Source: Naegleria gruberi
Lineage: Eukaryota
DNA length: 64,000 nt
NCBI GenBank assembly: GCA_000004985.1
Contig: GG738907.1
Strand: one strand, 5' to 3'
The notes beneath the pieces were generated by a model. The model was not told where the DNA came from. It ran no database searches and saw only the letters and a program-made list of their open reading frames with translations. Position 1 is the stretch's first letter. Every line of letters begins with the position of its first letter. This document shows, piece by piece, positions 1-11,700 of this stretch. The position numbers and the translations under genes are program-made.

Positions 1-248
1 TAGATATACAGATGGTCCATTACAAGATAAAGTTCACATGATTGTAAAACACCTGGATTACATATGTGTAGAAAATTGAAACAGTAAGTTTTTTTATTAA
101 TTCATCATCATTTTTAATAGTAATTTGAATAATAATTTATAATAATAGAACTATTAGTTGGAAATGTACACCTCTTGTAATTGATGGAACAATTAATAGC
201 AAATTTACTTGTTATTTAAATATTTATCAACTCTTCTTATTTGTTGCA

Positions 249-614
249 ATGAAATTTCATACCATGATGAGATATAAAATGAAAAGATCAAATTCAAACA
301 AGTTTTACACATCTACCATTTCTGATATAATTGGATATATGTGGATTTGTATTCAGAGTAGAAAGAAAATTATTTTAAAAGAAAAATCAACTTGTGACTT
401 GCAAAAATTACAAATTCAATATTTAGGACTTTGTGCATTTTACAAAATATTTCAAAAGAAACAATCATTCTATTCAAAACTTGGTATTTTAAATCAATTA
501 AGAATATTGAAAAGAAATTTCATTCAAAGATTTTCAGATAAGGAAAGAGATTTAATGACGGATGTTATTGCAAGAAAACATTCAACAGAATTATTGGATT
601 TAATAAAATATTGA
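249..614 (+). CDS. hypothetical small basic protein (121 aa); may be spurious
   Basis: ATG-initiated 121-codon ORF in AT-rich DNA. It is Lys/Ile-rich and has no recognisable motif. Confidence 0.2.
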   Translation: MKFHTMMRYKMKRSNSNKFYTSTISDIIGYMWICIQSRKKIILKEKSTCDLQKLQIQYLGLCAFYKIFQKKQSFYSKLGILNQLRILKRNFIQRFSDKERDLMTDVIARKHSTELLDLIKY

Positions 615-652
615 ATTAGGTATTATTAATTTTTTAAAGTTTTTTATAGTTT

Positions 653-2929
653 TTAATAAGATTCAATAACTTGTGATAAATTCAAATCAGATAAAGCAAC
701 AGTATCAATATAACCATCATATTTGGTATTAATTAAATGTAAGAATATGACCAAAGCATAAAAAACGTTATTTCTTCCAGGTTGACATTCATATAAATTA
801 CCATCATCTTCAACATTGTAATGTGAAATGCTAACTTTTGATTTACATAAATACAATCCCTTCTTTACAGGTACTTGTTTATCTAAACCTCTCTTCTTTT
901 TCATTGCATTTGCAACACCTGGTGCTAACATATTTCTATTTCTAAATAAATTGTGTGGATTTTCCTTCTTTTCAATATTTTGATCACAATAATACTTGTT
1001 TGAAAATTGACTTGAATGTCCATGTGAATCCAAAGTAAAATCCATAAATTTACAAAATAAATTAACAATAATTTCTTCATCTGTTGGATAAATTTCTTGT
1101 TCATATAAAAATTGTTCTGAATTATTTAACATTGGACGTGAATTTGGTTTTTCAAATTGACCTTTTGACATTGAACGTATTCTATCAATAACATATTTTC
1201 TACATGCAATTTTATCTGTTGAATCAAATAAATTTAAATTTGGAATTGATAAATAACGTTCCAATCTTAATCTTCTTCTTAATAAATTTCCAAATTCAAC
1301 ATTTTTTTGTTGATTTGTTTGTGGTTGTGATTGATTAAAACCATTTGAAAATCCAAAACCAGAATTAAAACCACCACCAACACCACCAATACCTCCATTC
1401 AAATTATTTGATTGTTGTTGTTGATCAATTTGTGTTACCAATGTTGCTAAAACATATTTCAATGTAAATTTTGAAGTATCTTCAGTGTGTGGAATTGAAT
1501 TTGGAATTGAATGTTGATATTCAGGTGAAATATCAAGTGGATTAAATGAATCATAACCTTTAAAATCACAATTAAATTGAATTGTCTTGTGCATTTGTAA
1601 ATTAATTGAATCAATTTCTTTAATTGTTGGAATTAAAACTCCATAAATCATCCATTTTCTCATATTTTCAGACCAATTATTAACTGTAAATGTTGTTAAA
1701 TTTAACATTTCTAATGCTTGTGATGCTTGTTCACCTAATAATAATGCATTACCAGAATATTGTTGATTTAATTGTTGATTTAATTGTTCATGATTTAAAA
1801 TAAAATCTTCATTAATTTGATTAGAAGGTGCTCTTCTATATTCTAATTTACCTGAATTTGAATCAAAAACAGATAATCCAATACTTGGATTTATATTAAA
1901 TTGAAGTGCAACTTGTGTTGGTTGTAATTGAAGTGATTGTTGTTCTTGTTGTTGTTCTTGTAATGATGAATTATATAAATAGGAAGATGTAGATATAGAT
2001 GATGGATCATACATCATATTATTCATCATCATCATGTTATTATTATAAACACCACCCATCATATTAGTATTCATATTCATATTATTAATATTCATATTAT
2101 TAATATTCATATTAGTATTCATATTCATATTATTAGATTCATCCATACTAAATATTAAATCATAATTAACAGTATTATTTTTATCCTTTTTTAATAATTG
2201 TTCTTGTTTTGAACGTTCTTGTTCTTGTTTTAAATATTCTTGATATAAAAAGTAATCATAATCATTAATTTCTTCCTTATTTTTTAATCCTAATAAAGCA
2301 TGTCTATTAGATAAATAATCAAATTGATTCATTTCATTAATTAAATCAACATTGTGTTGTTCATGATTAATTTGTCTATTTCCTAATAAAACATTTTTAA
2401 AATGTTTAAAAATTCTTTTACATTGTTTTAAAGGTGATTTTAAAAATTCAAATAAAAATTTGTAAAATTTAGATGAAAAATAAGTTTTAAAAAAAGGTTT
2501 TACCTTCTTTGGATTATTTAATAAATAATTAATTCTTTTAATAATATATATTAATAATAATAAACAAATAGTATATGTTATTAAATAATATAATATTAAT
2601 GATGATAATATATACTTTCTAATAAAAATTTTAAATATATTTGTATGTATCATTACAAAGAATAATAATAAAAATAAAGATAATTGTATTAATGAATTCC
2701 ATGATTGTTGAATATATTGTTCATGTTGATAGGCTAAATTTCTAACCTTGTATAAACTATCTAAATGATCAACTGGTTGTATTCCGTAAGAAGTTTGATT
2801 TGTTGTTGTTGTTGTTGTTGTTGTTGTTGATGAATTTTTATTGTTGCGTTGTTCATCAGTGTCATCTTGTTGTTGTTGTTTTGATGAAGGTGAATGACCT
2901 TTTAAAAGTGTGGAAAGAAATTGCAACAT
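653..2929 (-). CDS. membrane protein with two predicted TM helices and a long low-complexity region (Asn/Met/Gln repeats); possibly TMEM209-like, which is uncertain
   Basis: Long minus-strand ORF. The real ATG is at 2929-2927 in aaaaaaaaATG context; the ORF-track start at 2965 is a TTG. Two hydrophobic segments follow the N-terminal region (LSLFLLLFFVMIH and LLLLIYIIK). The C-terminal 250 aa are complex, non-repetitive sequence. Confidence 0.55.
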   Translation of the reverse strand: MLQFLSTLLKGHSPSSKQQQQDDTDEQRNNKNSSTTTTTTTTTNQTSYGIQPVDHLDSLYKVRNLAYQHEQYIQQSWNSLIQLSLFLLLFFVMIHTNIFKIFIRKYILSSLILYYLITYTICLLLLIYIIKRINYLLNNPKKVKPFFKTYFSSKFYKFLFEFLKSPLKQCKRIFKHFKNVLLGNRQINHEQHNVDLINEMNQFDYLSNRHALLGLKNKEEINDYDYFLYQEYLKQEQERSKQEQLLKKDKNNTVNYDLIFSMDESNNMNMNTNMNINNMNINNMNMNTNMMGGVYNNNMMMMNNMMYDPSSISTSSYLYNSSLQEQQQEQQSLQLQPTQVALQFNINPSIGLSVFDSNSGKLEYRRAPSNQINEDFILNHEQLNQQLNQQYSGNALLLGEQASQALEMLNLTTFTVNNWSENMRKWMIYGVLIPTIKEIDSINLQMHKTIQFNCDFKGYDSFNPLDISPEYQHSIPNSIPHTEDTSKFTLKYVLATLVTQIDQQQQSNNLNGGIGGVGGGFNSGFGFSNGFNQSQPQTNQQKNVEFGNLLRRRLRLERYLSIPNLNLFDSTDKIACRKYVIDRIRSMSKGQFEKPNSRPMLNNSEQFLYEQEIYPTDEEIIVNLFCKFMDFTLDSHGHSSQFSNKYYCDQNIEKKENPHNLFRNRNMLAPGVANAMKKKRGLDKQVPVKKGLYLCKSKVSISHYNVEDDGNLYECQPGRNNVFYALVIFLHLINTKYDGYIDTVALSDLNLSQVIESY

Positions 2930-3112
2930 TTTTTTTTTCAATTTTTTAAAAATGTCTTTGAACAATTCCCTTCAACTTTAATAAAACATTTTCAATAGAA
3001 TGGAAAAAAAAAGACCAATGGAAAACACCATAAATTTCGAGCAAGGTTCTATATTAATGAATCAGAGTCACAGTTTAAATGTTTGCAATGAAATGTAGCT
3101 ATGACAAATTTA

Positions 3113-6100
3113 TTAATTTAAAAATCTTTTTAAATAATGATCTAATAATTGTCTCAATTCAATTGCTTCTTCACCATGGAAATAAGAAAGGAAGTATGAT
3201 AATTGTCCTAACCATTTCTTAATCATGTCATTATTTGATCTATTATTAAAAAGTTGTCTCTTATCACTTGTATTATTATTATTATTACTATTATTACTAT
3301 TACTATTATTATTATTATTATTAATATTATTACTATTATTATTAAAAGAAGGAAATAAAAAAATAGAACCAAATTTAAATAAAGAAATGTAAAGTAAATT
3401 TGCCAAATCAAAAATTAATTTACCAACAACATTTCCTTTTAAACCCCAAAATACTAATTCATCTGTTAAAAATCTAATATCATAATATAAAAATGTAAAT
3501 TCTTTTTGTTTTAAAATATCATTAATAATATCAATGGTAATATTTTTTGATTGTTGTTCATCTAAATTTTTTAATGATAAATAATATTCACCATATTTTC
3601 TAAATTTAGTAAGTGTAAAAACAATTGAATCTTCTAATGCATTATAAACAGGTGATGATTTTGAACCAGGTGTTGAATAAAATTGTGTAATTGATAATCC
3701 TTTTGAAAATTTAATTGTTAATAATTTCTTTTCACGTATATTATCATAATTATAAATAAATAAATGTTCTTCAATATATTTAGTTTCTATTTTTAGTAAT
3801 TCTGATAAAATTGGTTTAATTACAATTGTATGACTTGATTCAGGTGGTATTGTATATATTTTAAATTCATCTGTTGTAATATAATTATTTGTATCTACTT
3901 GTATTTTAAATAATTTACAAAAATCATCTCTAATAATATATAATAATGGTTGTTTAAATAAATTCTTTAATGTAATTGGATATTTATCTATTGTATTTCC
4001 ATTTATATCCATCATTATATTATTATCATTTCCAATAAATGTTACTTCTTGTTTTGTTAAATACATTTGTGGTTTAACACATGTTGATGTTACTTTTATC
4101 ATTCTTTGATAATCTTTAAGTAATTTACATTTAATAAATATTTCAAATTCATCTAGAAATATTTCATTATCTCCATTATTATTATTATTATTATTATTAT
4201 ATTCATTATTATTGTTATATTCATTATTGTTATTATTATTGTTATCATTATATGATGATGATGATGATGATACTTTATATAATAAATAGACACGTGTTTT
4301 AGATTTAGGTTCAACACGTAAACTATAAAATGGTTTTAATGATGTTAATGAAAGTGAAAAATGTAATTCTGTTGTTTCAATATTATGATTAGATGTAAAA
4401 AAGAATTCCAATGGTGTATCATTTGTTAAATTTACAATATCAATAAAACGATGTCTAATTAATGTATCAATAAATGCTGTTCCTAAATTCATTTTCAAAT
4501 AATTTTCATTATTATTACTATTATTACTATTAGATGAATTATTATTATTAATAGATGTATTATTATTATTATTAGATGAATTATCATTAATTAATAAAGA
4601 TTCATCATTACCATCAACTCTAATATCAAATAATTTTTCAGGATCTTCAATTTCACTTAAAATTTCCAAACTTGTTCTCAAAGTTTTAAAATCCAATGGA
4701 TTATTTAAATTTTCAATAACAATATAATCAGTAAAACTTTCAATACTATCAGTTTTAAATGTAAATGTTATTTGATGTGAATCAAATTGATCAATTAAAC
4801 CACTTGTATGACTAATTTTAAATGGTGATGATTGTGTATTAATTTTACCTGATATAGAAAATATTCTATATTTAACATCTTGTGGTGTTGGATTTTCTAA
4901 TGTTATTTTACTTTCAACTATTTTACTTGATAATGTTCTACGATGTCTCAATTCAATTTCATATCTATTCTTTTTATCTATTTGTCTACATCCTTTTAAT
5001 ATTAATATACTTGAATTATTTGTTGTATTATTTGTATTATTTGTATTTGTATTAGTAGTAGTAGTAGATGTATTGGTATTGGTTATATTAGCAGCACTAC
5101 CTCCAGGACTATTACTACTATTTAGAGGAGTTGGTGTACTTGATTCCAAATTTGATAATGTTGGTGTTGGTGTTGTCAATATATCAACACTTGTACTTCC
5201 ACTATTCAAAGTATTATTACTAATATTATTATTATTAATATTAATATTACTATCAATAGTTAAAGATTTAAAATAATCAACTGCTTTAACATTTAAATGT
5301 ATAGATTGAGTAGTTAATGGAGCATTATCATCAATAACAGATAATTGACAATATTTTCTCAATAATGAAAGTTTTTCCAATACTTGTTCTCTATCTTGTA
5401 TAGATGAATAATCAATAAAAACGCTAATAACAGTTGATAAAGCAGGTTCTAATAAACCCTTTTCAGGAAATATAGTAATATTAATACCATCTAAATTAAT
5501 AGTTGAATCATTTACATCTTGAAAATTATTAGTTGAAAATGTAAAGAATTGTTTCTTAATTTTAAAATATAAAGCTTCATATTTCTTTACATTTTTAATT
5601 GTAAATGATTCTGATAATGTTCTTGTTGATTCAAAATAATTATTTGGTAATTTAAAATCTAATTTTTCTAATGAAAGTGAAAATGAAGGATATTGTACAA
5701 TACTTCCAAATATATCAAATACTTCTTTTGGTTGATTTGAAGATTCAAATATAAATTTACCAAAATGAATTAATTTTAAATCATTTAAATCTTGATTTGG
5801 TGAATTAATTTGTGAATATAATTCTTGTGGTATTGTTGAATTTTGTTTAGCTCTACATCTAATTCTAATATATAATGTTGATTTCTTTTCAAATTTATAT
5901 TCTTTAATTGGCATACTTGTTGAAAAATCTAATAAATCTATTTTTAAAAATTGACAAATTCTTGGATTATCAAAAATTACTTTAAATTTTGAATCAATTT
6001 TAAAAGAACTATTATTACCAATAGAAAGTGTTAAATCACTTATAGATGAAAATAATGTTGGTGATTTCATAATTTCTGGATATTGAAGTGGTGGCATTCT

Positions 6101-6160
6101 AATTGTTGTTGTATTTGTTAATCCTGTAAAATCCCAAACACATTGTGTTATATTTGCCAT
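3113..6160 (-). CDS. giant multi-ASH/PapD-like repeat protein, C-terminal segment (segment 4 of 4)
   Basis: 1015-codon ORF ending at stop 3113. It contains I/L-x-F-G beta-sandwich repeat motifs (IHFGKFIF...) and Asn/Thr low-complexity linkers. Its reading frame is open upstream of the ORF-track M and overlaps the end of the 6238..8586 ORF in a different frame. Confidence 0.6.
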   Translation of the reverse strand: MANITQCVWDFTGLTNTTTIRMPPLQYPEIMKSPTLFSSISDLTLSIGNNSSFKIDSKFKVIFDNPRICQFLKIDLLDFSTSMPIKEYKFEKKSTLYIRIRCRAKQNSTIPQELYSQINSPNQDLNDLKLIHFGKFIFESSNQPKEVFDIFGSIVQYPSFSLSLEKLDFKLPNNYFESTRTLSESFTIKNVKKYEALYFKIKKQFFTFSTNNFQDVNDSTINLDGINITIFPEKGLLEPALSTVISVFIDYSSIQDREQVLEKLSLLRKYCQLSVIDDNAPLTTQSIHLNVKAVDYFKSLTIDSNININNNNISNNTLNSGSTSVDILTTPTPTLSNLESSTPTPLNSSNSPGGSAANITNTNTSTTTTNTNTNNTNNTTNNSSILILKGCRQIDKKNRYEIELRHRRTLSSKIVESKITLENPTPQDVKYRIFSISGKINTQSSPFKISHTSGLIDQFDSHQITFTFKTDSIESFTDYIVIENLNNPLDFKTLRTSLEILSEIEDPEKLFDIRVDGNDESLLINDNSSNNNNNTSINNNNSSNSNNSNNNENYLKMNLGTAFIDTLIRHRFIDIVNLTNDTPLEFFFTSNHNIETTELHFSLSLTSLKPFYSLRVEPKSKTRVYLLYKVSSSSSSYNDNNNNNNNEYNNNNEYNNNNNNNNGDNEIFLDEFEIFIKCKLLKDYQRMIKVTSTCVKPQMYLTKQEVTFIGNDNNIMMDINGNTIDKYPITLKNLFKQPLLYIIRDDFCKLFKIQVDTNNYITTDEFKIYTIPPESSHTIVIKPILSELLKIETKYIEEHLFIYNYDNIREKKLLTIKFSKGLSITQFYSTPGSKSSPVYNALEDSIVFTLTKFRKYGEYYLSLKNLDEQQSKNITIDIINDILKQKEFTFLYYDIRFLTDELVFWGLKGNVVGKLIFDLANLLYISLFKFGSIFLFPSFNNNSNNINNNNNNSNSNNSNNNNNTSDKRQLFNNRSNNDMIKKWLGQLSYFLSYFHGEEAIELRQLLDHYLKRFLN

Positions 6161-6237
6161 TATTGTTACATTTAATATATTATTAGGATTATTAATATTT
6201 TCAAATTGAAGTGAAAGTGAAAGTAAATTATCATTTT

Positions 6238-8586
6238 CTAATAAATTATTAGAATATTATTATTAGAAAAATTATTAAAATCTTTAAATTCACTTGTTTT
6301 TAAAATACAAATAATAGTTTTTTGTCCTTTAGGTGGAATGGTCCATTTTGTTCTACTACTCATTTCATTACTATTATTACTACTATTACTACTATTACCA
6401 GGACTATTAGTAGATAATGTTGGTGATGATTGATCAAAGTGTTGTAATAAATTCATAGTTGTTGTTGAAGTAGTAGAACCACCACCACCAGATGATGTTG
6501 GTGTGATTGGACTCATTGAAGAATAATTTGAAACAAATTCAATTCCTTTTGGTTTTGAAATTAATTTAACTTTTGATAAAACATCTGAATGATCATTATT
6601 TAAAACTATTTGAAATTTTCTATCAGACCATTTATCAATATAACCAATTTTACCTAAATTAATTGTATTTGATCTTAATGAAACTTCAGAAATACCCATT
6701 TGAATATGAACATTAATTAATTTTAATGCTCGTTGTTCATCATCTGATAAAATTAAAGATCTTTGAAGTTCAACATAATTCTTTTTCAATAAATTTTCAG
6801 TTTCATTATCATTCATTGTTAAAGGTAGACCTGATAACATTGTTACAAGTGTTAATTGTTCACCTGCAGGTAAAATGAATGGTTTACCCTTATTTGGATA
6901 TTGTGTAAATGAATTAAATTGTTTAATTCTTTCTAATTTTTCAATTGAATTTAAAGATGATAATTGTTTAGATTTTTGTTTTTTAACAAATACAATCATA
7001 TCAATATCACTATTAGGTATTAAAATCATATCATTTTTAGAAATGTTTGATAATTGAAATTCTTGTACACCTAATATTGTTGAATTTCTAATTTCATTTC
7101 TTAATTCTTCATCTGAATCTTGTAAATAATCATATTCTTCAACAAGTTGATTTGCTAATTTTTGTAAATGTTGATGTGGAATTCCTGTTATTTTTACAAT
7201 TTGATCATTTTCATCTTGTTCTTTAATAACATAAACATTTGAAAATACCAAAGCATCAACTCCTGAACTATCAGCTTGTAAATTATTACGTAATGATTTA
7301 CGATCATCAACAAATGCACGTATCGCTATTTTACTCACTTCACTATTATTATATGAAGATGATTTGTTTATAATTGTAAAATAATGATCATGAAGTCCAC
7401 TTGTTAATGGATTGAATGTAAATTTTAATACCTTCTTGTTATTTTCATCATCTTCATTAGATGATGTATTATTTGTAGTAGTAGTAGATAATGTATTAGT
7501 AGATGATATGTTATTAGTATTATTACTTGTTGGAATAGGACTATTAATAGGAGTATTATTATTACTATTATTATTATTATTGGAAGAATTAATTTTACAT
7601 CCAATTAAATTACCAACTCTCTCTGAATCATTATTTAAATATAATTCATTTGGTGAAGATGAAATAATTTCATATTCTAAAGGTAAGAATTGATTTCCAT
7701 TTGATAAAGTAAATTGTGAATTAAATGTTTTTAAATTACTTGACCAACCAAAATCAATAAATTGATTATCAATATTTAAAATACTTTTACCAACAAATGC
7801 TCTAATTTGAATGACTTGAGAAAATATTTGTTTTTCTTCATTTAAAACATTTAAAACAATACTACTTGAAAATGAAATACATTTACCCTTCTTTGCTAAA
7901 TTAGAATTTAAATGTGGTTTTAATCCAACATGAATAGTAATAGTTTGTTGAGGTTCTATTTTAATGATTGATTTTTCTGTTAATAAATTTTGTAAATTTT
8001 CATCTGAATAAATTAAAATTTGTTTTTTAGAATTGGAAATTAATTTCAAATTCAATGAATAATCTTTTGTATTTGTAATTTTAAAATTTGAAACTTTTGA
8101 TAAATTATCCAATATTGTTGTTGATGTTGTTGTTGTTGATGTTGGTGATAATTCTGATAAATTAGATGTTGTAGTTGTTGTTGATAAAGATGATAAAGGA
8201 TGAATATAACAAAATCCAAAATTTAAAATTCGATCTTGATTAATATTTTCAATATGAATAGGTGAATCAACTATAACTCTACATTTGATTAAACATTTGT
8301 GAATTATTTTAGTTTTTAAATCTTGAATTTGAACTGAAAATGTTTGAATTCCAGGTAAGAAATATTCGCATGTTAATTCAATAATTTCATGTTTACATGG
8401 TGCAATAGTACCATTCTTAATATTAAATTGAACTTGATAAGATTCTTGTTTTGTTGAATCTAAAATTACAAATCCTGCTTCTTCACTTTTAGATTCATTA
8501 TTAATTGTTAATTTACATTTAATCTTTTCACCAATAGAATTAACACCTAAATCAATTTCATTTGGAACAATTTGAATTGATTTCAT
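6238..8586 (-). CDS. giant multi-ASH/PapD-like repeat protein, segment 3
   Basis: 782-codon ORF with repeated ASH-like motifs (LNFGFCYIHPL, IDFGWSSNLKTFNSQFTLSNG, INLGKIGYIDKW). Its frame is open upstream into the 8789..12214 ORF region. Confidence 0.6.
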   Translation of the reverse strand: MKSIQIVPNEIDLGVNSIGEKIKCKLTINNESKSEEAGFVILDSTKQESYQVQFNIKNGTIAPCKHEIIELTCEYFLPGIQTFSVQIQDLKTKIIHKCLIKCRVIVDSPIHIENINQDRILNFGFCYIHPLSSLSTTTTTSNLSELSPTSTTTTSTTILDNLSKVSNFKITNTKDYSLNLKLISNSKKQILIYSDENLQNLLTEKSIIKIEPQQTITIHVGLKPHLNSNLAKKGKCISFSSSIVLNVLNEEKQIFSQVIQIRAFVGKSILNIDNQFIDFGWSSNLKTFNSQFTLSNGNQFLPLEYEIISSSPNELYLNNDSERVGNLIGCKINSSNNNNNSNNNTPINSPIPTSNNTNNISSTNTLSTTTTNNTSSNEDDENNKKVLKFTFNPLTSGLHDHYFTIINKSSSYNNSEVSKIAIRAFVDDRKSLRNNLQADSSGVDALVFSNVYVIKEQDENDQIVKITGIPHQHLQKLANQLVEEYDYLQDSDEELRNEIRNSTILGVQEFQLSNISKNDMILIPNSDIDMIVFVKKQKSKQLSSLNSIEKLERIKQFNSFTQYPNKGKPFILPAGEQLTLVTMLSGLPLTMNDNETENLLKKNYVELQRSLILSDDEQRALKLINVHIQMGISEVSLRSNTINLGKIGYIDKWSDRKFQIVLNNDHSDVLSKVKLISKPKGIEFVSNYSSMSPITPTSSGGGGSTTSTTTMNLLQHFDQSSPTLSTNSPGNSSNSSNNSNEMSSRTKWTIPPKGQKTIICILKTSEFKDFNNFSNNNILIIY

Positions 8587-8788
8587 TGTTGTTGTTGTTA
8601 ATGATGATGATTGATTACTATTAATTAATTTTGTTACTGATTTGTTATTGTTTGGTATTAATAATTTTGATATGGTTGATTTGTGTAATGATGATATATT
8701 ATTATTATTAGTATTATTAGTATTAAATGTAGTACCAGTTGTTATTGTTGCAGTATTGTTATTAGAATTATTTGTAAGGGTAGTATTA

Positions 8789-11700
8789 TTAGTAGTACCA
8801 ATGGTAGTAGTAGCTACTACTATATAAAGGTGTTAATGGAGTACTAACATTTGAACCTGTTGAACTACTACTACCACTGTTTTGAGTAAAATTCTGGAAT
8901 GATTTGATATCGAAATGTACAATAGAACTCAGAGTGACCATCTTTTGTTCATCTGTATTTCTATTTTCATAAACTAACATTCTACATATACCATTCTCAA
9001 ATGCAATATTTGGTGTTTCTATTAATAGTGGTTTAATCTTTAAATTAATAACTTGAGACATTCTAGGTGGAATTGAAAATCTAATTCCATTCTCTTCAAT
9101 CTTTTTGAATTTTCTTTGTTTTTTACCTTCATCATCTGATTCAGAAACAAATAATGAATCTTCAATATTATTAGTAGTAGAATTACCTGTTATTGTTGTT
9201 GCAATAGTTGGAGTATAATCATCAAAATTTAATTCCTTTTTAATTTCATTAATTCTTTCAGTTAATTTTTTAATTTTTGATGACTTGTTCTTTCTAACAC
9301 AAATTCTATATTTGTGTTCTAATTTTTCTAATTCTGCTTCTAATTTTTCAATTTCAGTACTTTGACTAACTTGTTCCAATTCATATTCAAATTCAAATTT
9401 ACAAAAACTAAAACTACAATAATCAATTTGTGTTTCAAATATTCTTCTATTCTTACTCATATTTGTAACAACAATTTTTTTAGAAAGTGAAAATTGATTC
9501 AATAAAATATTTCCAAAATTAATATCATTAGATTTCAATGTAAATTTTTCATAATTTCTAATATCTGCCTTTACAATAATATTAATACTATCAGATTCAT
9601 CAAGTACATTTTCAAATGTTAAAGTTTCATTAAATACACCTGGTAATGATGGTTTAAAATAGAGTTGAATATCACGTGAACCATATGGTCTTACTAAACC
9701 ACACCATGATAAATTTAATGAATCATCTAACATGTCTAATATTTTAATATCATTAGATGCAATTGAACCTGATCTTTTTATACGAAATAATAATGGTACT
9801 TCAGATCCATTTGAAATGGTTATTGTCTTTTTACGATCTTCTACATTGGTAATGGATCCAAAATTTATATTCTTTTGTGCAATTTCCATCATGGATTGAC
9901 AAATTTTAGATTGAATTGTTAATTCTCTAGGTGGTAATGTAAAATCTGTTTGTTCATTATTTGTATCATAATCTATTAATTCAATAAATAATTTTTCAAA
10001 ATTCTTTTTAATTGCATTCATTGAATTTGTATTATTATTATTGGTATTATTAGTATTGATATTACTACTACCAGTAGTAGTTGTAGATGAAATAGATGTA
10101 GTAGTGTTTGTTGAAATATTATTGAATGAAAAATCACTGTATAAAGATAGAGGTGAAGAATTATTTAAATTAATTGAAGTAAATTTGCTATTTGTACTTT
10201 TTGGTCGATAGGTAATGTAAATTTCAGTTGAACTTGTTGGTCCAATTGAAATTGTGTCACATGGAATGAGAAATTTCAAATCATCAATTGAATTTGAAAG
10301 TTTCTTTTTAAATTCCAATTCATCTCTAATAATCATTTCTTCATCAACATTTTGTGTAGTATCAAATAAAGATTCTTGAATTTTTTCATAAGTTGAAACT
10401 AATTGATCACAATATTCTTGTGGATTAACTTGTTCAGTAAATAATTCATCTGTTACTGATGAATATTCACTATCATCAATCATTAAATTATCATCACTTC
10501 CATCACTGGTTTCATCACTATCATAAATACTCAGTGGTGTTTTTAATTCATCAATACCTTCAAAATGATGAATATTTAACTTTGAAACGTTGGGTTGAGT
10601 CATTATTGATTGTAAATATTCTAAATTTGTTGGATCATTTAATTGTGAAATAAATTTATCATCCATTGATGTTGATCTCTTCAAGGTATTTGATGATTCA
10701 TCCTTCAACTTTTTAAGATAGGGTGATTTTGGTGTGAGTACTGATGAAACACCTGTATTATTAGTACTTGCACTATTATTTGATGTTGTTGTTATGGTAC
10801 TCAATGAAGAAAGTGGTGTTAAATTAGATTGACTTGAAACTCTTTGTAAATTTGAAGTTACAATTTGTTTAACCTTCTTTTTTCTTCTTTTATGAAGAGG
10901 TGGTGGTGTTGATTTAAATTGTTGTTCACTTTCATTCATACTACTATCATCTGTAAATTGTCGATTATTTGTTGTTGTTGTACTACTGTGTGGACTTATT
11001 GTATCATCTTCATCAAAATGATGATGCTGATGAACATTGGATGAAATTAAATTGTAATGATCAGATTGTGAACCACCACCACCACCACCAGATGAATAAT
11101 CCTGATTTGTTATTGTTGTCGTTCTTTTAACTTTAAAAGTTGAAATTTCATTTGGAGATGAAGATTTAAATTTCAATGTAATTGGTTCATCTGAAATGTT
11201 TGAAATTTGAAATTTAGAAAGTGAAATGCCATTCAAAGCAACAACACCAAAATTAATTGATTTTGCAAAATTATGTTGTGAAGTAGTATGTACATCATAA
11301 TATTTACAATGAAAATTTAACATATTTCTATCAATATTATTAGATTCAACTTCAATAATTTGTTCATTCAATTTGTTACTTTCATTTACAATTGTAATTT
11401 GTTTTCTATAATTTGGATTAACTCTTCTAGGTGATAATCTAAATGTAATTCTAATAAATTTATGAGGTGAAATAATTGCTGATTTTGTTTTACATGTTAT
11501 TACTTTAGATGTAAATTGAACTGAAATTCTTGTTGCCAAATCAGATCTATTATAAATTGTTACTGATGCAAATTTAATATCTCCAATGGTTGAATCTCCA
11601 AATTTAATATTAGAAGGTGATACTTCAATAATAGATGTACATGTATGTGCAATAGCTTTAATACTTGCAACTACATTCATTGTATTAGAACTATTATTAT

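Noticed and set aside
3223-3411. Poly-Ile/Leu/Val ORFs antisense to large genes (3223..3411, 5073..5276, 7412..7693, 8642..8827, 11748..12210, 23863..24387, 31048..31700 and others)
   Set aside because: They are mirror-strand artefacts of AAT/ATT/ACT codon repeats inside real Asn/Thr-rich coding sequence. They have no start context and no motifs, and each is contained within a long sense ORF.
8790-8830. 29-nt GTTAGT..TATATAG as an intron bridging giant-gene frame break 2
   Set aside because: Too short for a spliceosomal intron. Its length modulo 3 is also wrong for the required frame change.
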